This document shows, piece by piece, positions 22,181 to 31,490 of a stretch of 64,000 bases of DNA. Position 1 is the first letter of the stretch. Each line of letters begins with the position of its first letter. Source of the stretch: a bacterium (lineage in GTDB: Bacteria > UBA8248); contig OZ244799.1 in the NCBI GenBank assembly GCA_965219955.1, forward strand, positions 192,001-256,000, given 5' to 3'. Both the position numbers and the translations under genes were made by a program. A model generated the notes under the pieces. The model had not been told where the DNA came from and made no database searches. It worked only from the letters and a program-made list of their open reading frames with translations.

Positions 22181-22794
22181 AACAAAACGCCTTCGCATCG
22201 CGGCTTCGATCTTCCCTGATCATATTCGTGCTGGTGCTGGTTCCGGCCTGCGCCTATGAGGTGACGACGATACGGGTCGTCGCCAAGCCGGGGAGGATAC
22301 GGGCGCTCGAGCGGGTCGTCGTCGCGCCTTTTCGCTATCCGAGCGACTGGACGGGACTTTTCCGGCACGTTTACGCGCAGGCGGGGCTCGAGGCGCCCGA
22401 TGTGAAGAAAATCGAGATGATAGAGGGCGCCTTTTTGATTCGCGACGCCGTCACCGCCAAGGGGTACCTGGTTCTCCGTTGGCCGGAGGAACTCGAAAAA
22501 ATCAAGGCCGACGATTTGCGGGACGCAGGAGGTGAAATCGCGGAGGATCATCTGGCGGCGCTCAAGGGTTCGGGCGCGCAGGCGGTGGTCTTGGCCCAAG
22601 GCGGGCGCACCTGCGAAGACGTCGAGGTGTGCGTCGCCAGGGTGGAAATACGCCTGTTGGACTTGAGTTCTCAAGAGGATTTATGGAAATCAGAAGCCTC
22701 CGCGACGACGGCGCTCTCCCAGGGGGACGAGATGAAAGCCGCCGTCACCGAGGCGTTCGACGCCTTTCCCGGAAAATCGCCTCCTTCCCGCTGA
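22177..22794 (+). CDS. Putative lipoprotein
   Basis: GTG start overlapping the upstream stop, signal peptide with lipobox VPAC. Confidence 0.65.
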   Translation: MKQNAFASRLRSSLIIFVLVLVPACAYEVTTIRVVAKPGRIRALERVVVAPFRYPSDWTGLFRHVYAQAGLEAPDVKKIEMIEGAFLIRDAVTAKGYLVLRWPEELEKIKADDLRDAGGEIAEDHLAALKGSGAQAVVLAQGGRTCEDVEVCVARVEIRLLDLSSQEDLWKSEASATTALSQGDEMKAAVTEAFDAFPGKSPPSR

Positions 22795-22868
22795 ACGCGG
22801 GGGCATTCGGATCTGTTGAAAAAGTCCCCTGAGGAAGCAATTTTGGGCTTCACGCACGCTTTTGAATT

Positions 22869-23054
22869 TCACTCCCCCCTTGAGGGGGAGTCGAAGAGCT
22901 AAGGGCGTAAGCCCGCAAGCGATTCGGTGGGGGGTATAAGTCGGACTGACAATAAAACGCATTTTACCCCCCACCGCATCAGCCTTCGCAAAAAACGCTC
23001 GGCTTCTGTCGGGCTTTCCCCTCGGGAAGCCCGACCCCCTCAAGGGGGGAGTGA
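22869..23054. repeat. ~185-bp palindromic element, copy 2, inside TGTTGAAAAA...TTTTTCAAC ends (22811-23162)
   Basis: Colinear with 14423-14601; tcactccccccttgagggg ... cccctcaaggggggagtga. Confidence 0.8.
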
Positions 23055-23301
23055 TTTTTCTCTCTCGTCGGTCGATTGCATACGACAAATCCAGAGTTCC
23101 AGACTTTTTCTACAGACCCCTCAAGGGGGGTGCTCCTTTGACAAAGTCTTTTTCAACGTCCTCGTTTTCGCCGGTTGGACACCCCCCCCGGCATGACGAT
23201 TTGTCGTTTTCGTCGGGCATATCGTGACAAAATGTCAATTTGACCGATCGTGTATATTTCTATCCTGTTGATAAATAAGGCATATTCCATCTTCATAGAA
23301 A

Positions 23302-23317
23302 TGGCACGGCTATTGCA
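23302..23317 (+). promoter_or_regulatory. sigma-54 (-24/-12) promoter
   Basis: TGGCAC-GGCTA-TTGCA matches TGGCAC-N5-TTGC exactly. Confidence 0.8.
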
Positions 23318-23327
23318 TGTTATATGA

Positions 23328-23480
23328 GCAAGCTGATTGGGGCGTTCATAGGCGGCACGCCCCGGTTAGCCGGCGAGAGGAGTAGCTGATTGGGTCGGCG
23401 CTCCTCCGCCACGCAATCATACATCTCGCAACTACCCCTTGCGAGAGCCTCCTCCCGGAGACGGGAGGAGGTTTTTTATT
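23328..23480 (+). ncRNA. Putative structured sRNA or attenuator leader, copy 1
   Basis: Follows the sigma-54 promoter; tandem hairpins then terminator cctcctcccg-gaga-cgggaggagg-TTTTTT; homolog at 30668-30819. Confidence 0.6.
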
Positions 23481-23604
23481 GGCCCGGTTTCCCTCCGCGC
23501 GGTTTTCAAGCGTACGCCTTTGGGTTATGGTGCGGCCCAAGTGAAATCACTCGGCGTATATTCGATGTTGAAAATTCATCCATTCAGTGATTAAGGAGTC
23601 GAAA

Positions 23605-24603
23605 ATGGCTACGGACAAGGTGCGCCTCGCCTCTATCGGGCTGGGCTGGTGGGGCGGCGTTCTGGTGGACGCCGTGAACCGCAGCGGTTCCGGCGAGGTG
23701 GTGACGGGTTTCGCGCGCAGCGAAGACGCCCGCAAGGCGTTTTCGGAGAAACACGGTTGCCGGACGGCGGGCAGCCTGGACGATTTATTGAACGACCCCG
23801 AGGTGGAGGGCGTCATCGTCGCGACGCCCCATTCCACGCACCTGGACATGATTTCTTCGGCCGCATCGGCCGGAAAGCACGTCTTCGTCGAGAAACCGCT
23901 CACCTTGACGGTCGATGAGGCCAGAAAGTCGGTCGAGGCGGCTTCCGCCGCGAACGTCACCCTGCAGGTCGGCCATCATCGCCGCCGCTTCGGCGCGAAC
24001 CGCGAGATGAGGCGGATGATCGACGCAGGCGAACTCGGCGTGGTGCACCAGGTGGAGGCGAACCTCTCGCTTCCCATGGGCTTCGAATCCAGGCCGGGCT
24101 GGCGTAACGACCCCGCCGAATGCCCCGCAGGCTCCATGACGGGCCTGGGCGTCCACATGATCGACAACCTGCAGTACCTGGCCGGACCCGCGAAGCGGGT
24201 GGCCGCCTTCAGCAAGAAGCTGCTCGGCAAGACGAACCTCGACGATGCGACGAGCATCATCATCGAATACGAGAGCGGCCCGCTCGGCCATATCGGAAGC
24301 TCTTTCGTGGTTCCCAAGATCTGCGACACGGCGGCCTTCGGCACGAAGATGAGGGCCTACAGCGAGGAAGAGGGCGGAAAGCTCTACGTGGCCAAGGTGG
24401 GCGAGGAAGCCCGCACCGAGGTCGAGGTCGTGGGCGGAGACGCCCTGGCGGATGAGATGGATGAGTTCTGCAAGTGCATCCGGGGCGAGGCGACGCCCGA
24501 AACCGGCGGGCCCGAGGGGCTCGAGGTCGTCGCCGTGCTCGAGGCTGTGGTGCAGAGCGCGACGACGGGTCAGGTGGTGGACGTGGCGGCCCTGCGCGGA
24601 TAG
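23605..24603 (+). CDS. Gfo/Idh/MocA-family oxidoreductase
   Basis: IGLGWWG, GKHVFVEKP, GHHRRF. Confidence 0.92.
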   Translation: MATDKVRLASIGLGWWGGVLVDAVNRSGSGEVVTGFARSEDARKAFSEKHGCRTAGSLDDLLNDPEVEGVIVATPHSTHLDMISSAASAGKHVFVEKPLTLTVDEARKSVEAASAANVTLQVGHHRRRFGANREMRRMIDAGELGVVHQVEANLSLPMGFESRPGWRNDPAECPAGSMTGLGVHMIDNLQYLAGPAKRVAAFSKKLLGKTNLDDATSIIIEYESGPLGHIGSSFVVPKICDTAAFGTKMRAYSEEEGGKLYVAKVGEEARTEVEVVGGDALADEMDEFCKCIRGEATPETGGPEGLEVVAVLEAVVQSATTGQVVDVAALRG

Positions 24604-24629
24604 TTCTCGATGATTTTCAGGAGGATACG

Positions 24630-26876
24630 ATGGCTCAGATGACGCACGTCGGCGCGTCGCCGACGAAAGAAGACGCACTCGCGAAAGCGGCCGGCGATAC
24701 GGTCTACGGCGATGACTTCCACATGCCGGGCGAGATATACGGGAAAGCCGTCCGCGCCTCGATGACGCCGGCGAGGATCGTGGAGATAGACGCGACGGAA
24801 GCGCTCGCCCTCCCGGGCGTGCACTGCGTTTTGACGGCGAAGGACATTCCCGGCCTGAACGCGGGCCGCTATCCCGATTACCCGGTGCTGGCCGAAGACG
24901 TCGTGGTCGATATCGGCGACGCGGTCGCTCTCGTGGCCGCCGACACGCGGGATCTGGCCGAAGAGGCGGCCTCGCTCGTGCGCGTCGCCTACGAGCCGCT
25001 GCCCGGCGCGTACGACTTCGCATCGCTCGAAGAGGGCGAGGTGGTCTGCGACTGGAAGGCGGACAAGGGCGACGTGAAGGCGGGCTTCGCCGAGGCGGAC
25101 GTGATCGTGGAGAACACCTATTTCTCCGCCTGCCTGGATCACGCCTTCATCGAACCCGAAGGCGGCGTGGCCTGGGTGGACGAGCGCGGGGTGGTGAACA
25201 TCCGCGTGCCCACGCAGATGATAGAGAACTACCAGAACGTGGCGCGGACGCTGGGCTTCCCCCTGAGCCGCGTGCGGTATGACTGTCCGATGCTGGGCGG
25301 GGCGTTCGGGGGCAAGGAGCACCCGCTGCTCGGCGCCTTCATGGCGCTTTTGTCGCTCCGGACGGGGCGGCCCGTGCGCATGGCCTACTCGCGCGAGGAG
25401 ACCATGAACACCGGCAGCAAGAAGCACCCCTTCCTGATGAAGTACAGGACGGGCGCGACGAAGGACGGAAAGCTCACCGCCATAGAAATCGACATCATCG
25501 GCGATGCGGGCGGCTACACGGCCAACAGCAAGGGTTTGCTGCTGGGCGCGCTCGTGGTGAGCGCGGGCCCCTATGAGATACCCAACGCGCGGGGCCGCTC
25601 GCGCGCCGTCAGGACGAACAACCCCTTCACCGAGGCGATGCGCGGCGTGGGTGCGAACCAGGTGTGCTTCGCCTACGAGGCGCAGATGGATGAGCTCGCG
25701 GAGCGGCTGGGGATGGACCCGCTCGAGTTCCGCGAGAGGAACTTCATCGCGAAGGGCCAGACCCTCATCCAGAATCAGCCCGTGCCCACGCGCGTGATGC
25801 TGCCCGAACTGGCCGAGGAGACGAAAAAGCTCATCGGCCGCTCGGCGGGCCGCGTCCCCGAGAAGGACCACGGCCCCTGGCGCGTCGGCGTCGGGTACGT
25901 TGCGAACATCGGCGGATACGGGAGGCCGAGGAACGAGGGCGAGGTCTATGTGTCGATCGATCTCGACGGCAGCGTGAACGTGCGCACCGGCGCCTCGGAC
26001 GTCGGCGCGGGCCAGACCCAGACGAACCGCCAGATCGCGGCGGAAGCCTTAGGCGTCGCCCTGGAAGACGTGACGGTCACGATGTCCGATTCCCACGTCA
26101 CCCCGCTCGTGGGCGTGACGGCGGGCTCGCGCCAGACGATGATCTCGGGCGGCTCGTGCTACCGCGCCTCGGCGGAGCTGAAAGACAGAATCCTGAAAGG
26201 CGCCGCCGAACTGCTCGAAGCGAACCCTGAGGATCTGGATATCCGCGAAGGCAGGGTGTACGTGAAGGCGGCCGAAGAGCGCGATGTCTCCTTCTCGGAA
26301 GCCGTGACGCAGTGCAGGAAGATGGGTATCGACCTCCACACGGTGGGCAAGACGAAGCTCGGCGTCCACGAGTACGAGGGCAACGAGCAATACGGCGACG
26401 CGGGCGGCTGGATGGATTACGTGTTCGGCATCCACGCGGCCGAAGTCGAGGTGAACGTCGATACGGGCGAGCTTCGCGTGCTCAACTACTGGTCGGGCCA
26501 CGACGTGGGCCAGTCCATCAACTTACAGCACGTGGAAGGCCAGTTCGAGGGCGGCACGATGATGGGCGTCGGCCACGCCCTGACCGAAGAGGTCCTGACG
26601 CAAAAGGGCGCGCTCGTGAACAACGAGTTCCACGGCTACCTCATCCCCACCTCGGTGGATACGCCCGAGTGGGACAACGTGATCCTGGAATCCGGCGAAG
26701 GCCTGGGCCCGTTCGGGGCGAAAGGCATCGGCGAGCCGCCCTGCACGGCGGGCGCCGCGGCGGTGGCCTGCGCGGCGGGCCAGGCGATAGGCGCGCGCCT
26801 CACGCGCATCCCCATCACGCCGGACCACGTCCTGGAAGTGCTGGGGCGGCTCAAGACGAACGGAAGCCAAGGCTAG
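24630..26876 (+). CDS. Xanthine dehydrogenase-family molybdopterin-binding subunit
   Basis: GGAFGGK, AMRGVG, GSRQT, GAKGIGEPP. Confidence 0.92.
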   Translation: MAQMTHVGASPTKEDALAKAAGDTVYGDDFHMPGEIYGKAVRASMTPARIVEIDATEALALPGVHCVLTAKDIPGLNAGRYPDYPVLAEDVVVDIGDAVALVAADTRDLAEEAASLVRVAYEPLPGAYDFASLEEGEVVCDWKADKGDVKAGFAEADVIVENTYFSACLDHAFIEPEGGVAWVDERGVVNIRVPTQMIENYQNVARTLGFPLSRVRYDCPMLGGAFGGKEHPLLGAFMALLSLRTGRPVRMAYSREETMNTGSKKHPFLMKYRTGATKDGKLTAIEIDIIGDAGGYTANSKGLLLGALVVSAGPYEIPNARGRSRAVRTNNPFTEAMRGVGANQVCFAYEAQMDELAERLGMDPLEFRERNFIAKGQTLIQNQPVPTRVMLPELAEETKKLIGRSAGRVPEKDHGPWRVGVGYVANIGGYGRPRNEGEVYVSIDLDGSVNVRTGASDVGAGQTQTNRQIAAEALGVALEDVTVTMSDSHVTPLVGVTAGSRQTMISGGSCYRASAELKDRILKGAAELLEANPEDLDIREGRVYVKAAEERDVSFSEAVTQCRKMGIDLHTVGKTKLGVHEYEGNEQYGDAGGWMDYVFGIHAAEVEVNVDTGELRVLNYWSGHDVGQSINLQHVEGQFEGGTMMGVGHALTEEVLTQKGALVNNEFHGYLIPTSVDTPEWDNVILESGEGLGPFGAKGIGEPPCTAGAAAVACAAGQAIGARLTRIPITPDHVLEVLGRLKTNGSQG

Positions 26877-26909
26877 GCGAAAAGACGGAATACAGACTCT
26901 CCACACATG

Positions 26910-26940
26910 AAACGCCCCGCACGCGCTGCGGGGCGTTTTT
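26910..26940 (+). terminator. Intrinsic terminator
   Basis: aaacgccccgca-cgcgc-tgcggggcgtttt. Confidence 0.8.
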
Positions 26941-27098
26941 GCGTCTTAGGGCGCGTGGGCCTTCGCCAAGGCTCGGCCTCTTTGTCAGCCTTCCCGAGGA
27001 GGAGAGGCCTACCCTCAAGGGGCTGTTGAAAAACCGGTATGCGGCCCCTCCGAAGATCGCTCTTCACCGACAAGAATATCGAATCAACTCCCCCTTGA

Positions 27099-27389
27099 GG
27101 GACTTGTTGAAAAAGCCCTCGTCATGGGGGTTGGGGGTTCGGAGGGAATCATGGTTTTGTAGGGGCCGCATACATGCGGCCCGTCGCAGGGCGGCAAAAA
27201 ATCAGGGTCGCATATATACGACCCCTACACACAAACAAATTTCCTCTCTCCGGGTTCTTCAACTCCCCGCGTAGGGACAACCCTCCGTGGTTGTCCTTCG
27301 TTAGGACAGGCACGGAGGCCTGTCCCTACGGTGAATAATTCGATGATCGGGGTTCCTTCCCTCCCCAGGGGGACTTTTTCAACAAGCCC
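27099..27389. mobile_element. MITE-like shell carrying two GTAG-REP doublets (27159-27228, 27271-27329)
   Basis: gggacttgttgaaaaagccc ... gggactttttcaacaagccc. Confidence 0.6.
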
Positions 27390-28765
27390 TTGTCAGGGGG
27401 GTATAAAAAGGCGATGCGCCCCCGCCGGGTAGAGGGGTTTTTGGTTTTTCTTACCCCCCTGACAAGGGGGGGTAGGGGGGGGTGCTTTTCAGTCGAGAGG
27501 GGTGTCCCCTCTACCCCCTTTTGCCTGTGCCCGTCATTCCTCCCCAACCCGAATTTTCATGGGTGGAACCCGGCCCCGTCATAACTCCAGATAGGCTGAA
27601 ATAAAGAAATACGAGGAGCGGCTGCCGTACGAGAATGTACGTCAACACCGCTTGTCGAGCGATACGGAGGAGATTGCGCCGCCTGGACGTGAGCGAACAG
27701 GGAGGAACACACCATGTACACCAGACTGTCGAAAAGGCGTCCGGCTCGCCGGGCATGGGCTGCATCGAGACCGTTCCGGACGTATGGCGTCGCCGTTCTC
27801 CTCGCCTGCGTCGTCGCAATCGGGCTGCCCCCGCCGGCGCCCGCCGCCGCGGCGGGGAAGGACTACCGCCTGAGCGGCCCCTACACGCAGAACAATCTCT
27901 CCATCTATCTGATTCACCGCGAAGGCCGAACAGGCGGCCCCGCGCCGATCACCCTGGGCGAGGCGATGAGGCGGGGCATCGTCAAGGTCGTCGAAACCGG
28001 CAGCGTAAGACGCCTCAAGGTCCGCAACCTGGGCGATCGCGAGGTCTTCATCCAGGCGGGCGACATCGTCAAGGGCGGCAAGCAGGATCGCGTCCTGCTC
28101 ACCAGCCTGATCGTCCCCCCGAAGTCGGGCTACATCCCCATCGGCGCCTTTTGCGTGGAGCAGGGCAGGTGGGCCAGGCGCGGCCTGGAGGATGTGATGG
28201 CGTTTTCGACCTCCGCATACCGCATGCCTTCGAGGGCCGGCAAGATTGCGATGATGAAAGGCATGGGCTACGAGACCGCCCCCGCAACCGGTCGAACGGG
28301 AACGTGGGGAGAGGACCTGCATGGGTTGAGCATTTGGGGGGGGATGCGGCGGCGGAGAGGCGCATCTCTTCAGGGCGAAATGTGGCGCTCGGTCGGGATG
28401 ACGCAGAGGGCGTTGGGCCGGGCCATGGGGGCGCGCGTCGCCGACCGGCGCTCGCGCACGAGCCTCCAGTTGTCATTGGAGAACAAGCGCTTGGCATCCG
28501 CCGTGGCGGACTATGAAAAAGCCCTGGGTGGACTGTCGGCAAAGCACCCGGATGCCGTGGGCTATGTTTTCGCGGTGAACGGCAGGATCAACAGCGGCGA
28601 TGAGTTCGAGAGCGCTGGCCTGTTCCGCAGGCTGTGGCAGCGGCAGCTCAAGGCGGCGGCGACGGAGGCGGTTGCCGAAAAAGGCGCGCACAAGCGCATA
28701 CAGCCGACGCTCGCCGAGGTCGGCGCGTTCATCGATTCCGCGCGCGCCGCGAAGCCGGCCACTAG

Positions 28766-30500
28766 CCCGGATATTTCACCGACAAATGGCATGGGGCCTC
28801 TGAATGTCGGATAATGTGAGTTGTCTCAATAACTTACACCCGTCCGACAGAGAGGCCCCATGGATACGCATTGTACACCGGAACAACTTCACTTTCACCC
28901 CCACGGAAGACGCGAGGTCATCGCCCGATTCGACGGCGGACGGATCACGTCGGACGCCGGCGGGGTGCTGCTTCGCGAGACGGATCTCCGCCTGGGTCTG
29001 ATGGCTCGTCTGGCGCGGTGTTTTCGTGATTGCCGCAAGCCCGGCAGCGTGGAGCACCCGGTGCGCTCGCTGGCGGCGCAGCGGGTGTACGCGCTGGCGC
29101 TGGGCTACGAGGACCTGAACGACCACGAGGATTTGCGCCGCGACAGGTTGCTGGCGCTGCTGGTGGGCAAGCGGGACCTGACGGGAGCCGGGCGGGTTCG
29201 CCTTCGGGACCGCGGCTCTCCGCTGGCCGCATCGAGTACGCTGAACCGCCTGGAGTTGGGCGGCGCCGAGGCGGCGACGGATCGCTACAAGCGCATCGCT
29301 GCGGACTTCGAGGCGATGGACCGCCTGCTGGTGGACGTGTTCATGGAGTCTTACGCCGAACCGCCCGAAGAGATATGGCTGGACCTCGACGCCACGGACG
29401 ACCCCCTGCACGGTCGCCAGGAGGGGCGCTTCTTCCACGGCTATTACGGCCGCTACTGTTATCTGCCGCTCTACGTCTTCTGCGGCGCGCATCTGCTGTG
29501 CGCGCGGCTGCGCCGCTCGAACGTCGACGCCTCGGCCGGCAGCGAGGAGGAGTTGGCGCGGATCGTGGCGCAGGTCCGCAGGCGCTGGCCGCGTACGCGG
29601 GTCGTGGTTCGCGGCGACTCGGGTTTTTGCCGCGAGCCGTTGATGCGCTGGTGCGAGGAGAACGGCGTCGGCTACGTGTTCGGCATGGCGCGCAACGCGC
29701 GGCTGGTGCGGGCGATTGGCCGGGACCTCTACCGGGCCGAGGTCGTCTGTCGCCGCACGGGTGAGCCGGCGCGCCGGTATCGCGACTTCCGCTATCGAAC
29801 GCGCAAGAGCTGGTCCAGAACCCGCCGGGTGGTGGGCAAGGCGCAATACCTGCCCAGGGGGGCGAACCCGCGGTTCGTGGTCACCAATCTCCGCCCCCGG
29901 CGGGCCGGCGCCAGACGCCTCTACGAAGAACTCTACTGCGCCCGGGGAGAGATGGAGAACCGCATCAAGGAACAGCAACTCGGCCTGTTCGCCGACCGCA
30001 CCAGCAGCGCCACCATGAGGGCCAATCAGTTGCGGCTCTACTTCGCCTCCTTCGCCTACGTCCTGATGCACGGACTCCGGCGCCTGGGGCTGGCGGGCAC
30101 GACATGCGCCAGGGCCCAGTGCGCAACGATCCGGCTGAAACTGCTCAAGATCGGCGCCCGCGTGAGGGTCAGCGTGCGCAAGGTCCGGCTGTCTATCTCC
30201 GAGGCCTGGCCCCATGCGGCGCTCTTCGAAAAGGTAGTGAACAACCTGCGTACGCACCCGCCCTGGCCGACGGCGGGGGAGAGTGACTGAGCGTAGAATC
30301 GGAGCGACATAGGTTGCCGCAGCGGGAAACCTGCGCCTGCGCGTCGGCCGGCACTCCCCGAAAGCCTTCGAAATCGACGAAAAAGCGCCGCTCGGGCGCC
30401 GTGCGTCATCGTATCGCGCCGACGAAGAAGGCCGCCTCCCGAATCAAGCCGTCCACGACTTCAAATCAGGCCGTTCCAAAGCCTCGGTGAAATATCCGGG
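28766..30500 (+). mobile_element. IS1380-family insertion sequence (1735 bp)
   Basis: Perfect 17-bp TIR CCCGGATATTTCACCGA; CTAG target duplication at 28762-28765 and 30501-30504. Confidence 0.93.
28860..30290 (+). CDS. IS1380-family transposase
   Basis: FDGGRITSDAG, GYEDLND, DLDATDDPLHG, RGDSGF, RGEMENRIKE. Confidence 0.95.
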   Translation: MDTHCTPEQLHFHPHGRREVIARFDGGRITSDAGGVLLRETDLRLGLMARLARCFRDCRKPGSVEHPVRSLAAQRVYALALGYEDLNDHEDLRRDRLLALLVGKRDLTGAGRVRLRDRGSPLAASSTLNRLELGGAEAATDRYKRIAADFEAMDRLLVDVFMESYAEPPEEIWLDLDATDDPLHGRQEGRFFHGYYGRYCYLPLYVFCGAHLLCARLRRSNVDASAGSEEELARIVAQVRRRWPRTRVVVRGDSGFCREPLMRWCEENGVGYVFGMARNARLVRAIGRDLYRAEVVCRRTGEPARRYRDFRYRTRKSWSRTRRVVGKAQYLPRGANPRFVVTNLRPRRAGARRLYEELYCARGEMENRIKEQQLGLFADRTSSATMRANQLRLYFASFAYVLMHGLRRLGLAGTTCARAQCATIRLKLLKIGARVRVSVRKVRLSISEAWPHAALFEKVVNNLRTHPPWPTAGESD

Positions 30501-30667
30501 CTAGAGTGATGCCGGGAGGCTTGAACCTGGAGACGCGCAAGGCGAGCGGGTCGTTCTACATGGAAGTCCGGCGCGGGAACGACCACTGGGTGCACCGGAA
30601 CTTCGTCGCCCGCTAAACCGGCGCCCGTCGAACCGGTTGGACGGGCGGCGCTTGCCCCGGATACAGG

Positions 30668-30819
30668 AAATGCCGGTCGGAGCGTTCTTTGGCGGCACGC
30701 CCCGGCTGGCCGGCGCGAGGAGCGCCGATAGGGTCGGCGCTCCTCCGCCACGCAATCCTCCGTCTCGCATCTATCCCCTGCGAGAGCCTCCCCCCGGAGA
30801 CGGGAGGAGGCTTTTCTTT
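30668..30819 (+). ncRNA. Putative structured sRNA or attenuator leader, copy 2
   Basis: Colinear homolog of 23328-23480 with the same hairpins and terminator. Confidence 0.55.
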
Positions 30820-30960
30820 CGGGTGAAGCGCCCCGCGTCCGGCGGAGCGTTTTGGGCGATCGGGCCGGAAACGACGATAAAAAACGAAAGGCGGATGGAT
30901 TCCAGTTTTCGCCGGAATGACGGTGCGCATTCTCGAAGGTTGAGGATTATTCCCTCTTGA

Positions 30961-31141
30961 GGGGGTTATTGAAAAAGATCCGATGAAGAAGGGTTTGACA
31001 CCGGCGAGGAGCGAGCGGTTGTGTTTTGGTAGGGACAGGCCTCCGTGCCTGTCCTGATGGCAACCATCCTGCAAAGGACAACCACGGAGGGTTGTCCCTA
31101 CAACCGCCATTCCTCCTTCATCGAGGCTTTTTCAACAACCT
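30961..31141. mobile_element. MITE-like shell carrying a GTAG-REP doublet (31029-31101)
   Basis: gggttattgaaaaag ... ctttttcaacaacc. Confidence 0.5.
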
Positions 31142-31294
31142 CGATGAAGGAGCGTTTGTATCGAAGGATGGGGGGCGCATCGCCCTTCGATACGCGGCTT
31201 CGCCGCTACTCAGGGTGAGGCGGAGCGCCGGGCTGCGGGACGTTTCTGCGTCTTGAGACACGCGGACACGTATGCAAGCGAGGGCTTGTTCACT

Positions 31295-31353
31295 GTAGGG
31301 ACAGGCCCCCGTGCCTGTCCTGATTGAGGACAACCACAGGGGGTTGTCCCTAC
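31295..31353. repeat. GTAG-REP doublet
   Basis: gtagggacaggcccccgtgcctgtcct...aggacaaccacagggggttgtccctac; similar at 27271-27329 and 31029-31101. Confidence 0.75.
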
Positions 31354-31490
31354 GGTTATAAATTCCCCATAGGCCTGCATTCCAGATGGCCGGAATGACG
31401 AGCGAAGACCGCGTAGGCCCGTCGTATCGCATCTTCCTGTCTTTCCCTGTAGGATGCGCCCGAAGCCCGCCCATACGTAGAGACGTGCGC

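Larger units (their letters stand above)
27714..30616 (+). pseudogene. Secreted ARPP-1/DUF6569-like protein interrupted by IS1380
   Basis: GDIVKGGKQDR and FCVEQGRW motifs; removing the IS and one CTAG restores the frame through ...PATRVMPGGL...HWVHRNFVAR* ending at 30616. Confidence 0.75.

Noticed and set aside
27000-27560. Dense repeat cluster as a possible CRISPR array (also 30960-31470)
   Set aside because: Repeats are heterogeneous palindromes without a constant repeat-spacer period, and there are no cas genes
30639-30656. sigma-54 promoter for RNA copy 2
   Set aside because: TTGC is present, but no GG lies at the required 10-nt spacing
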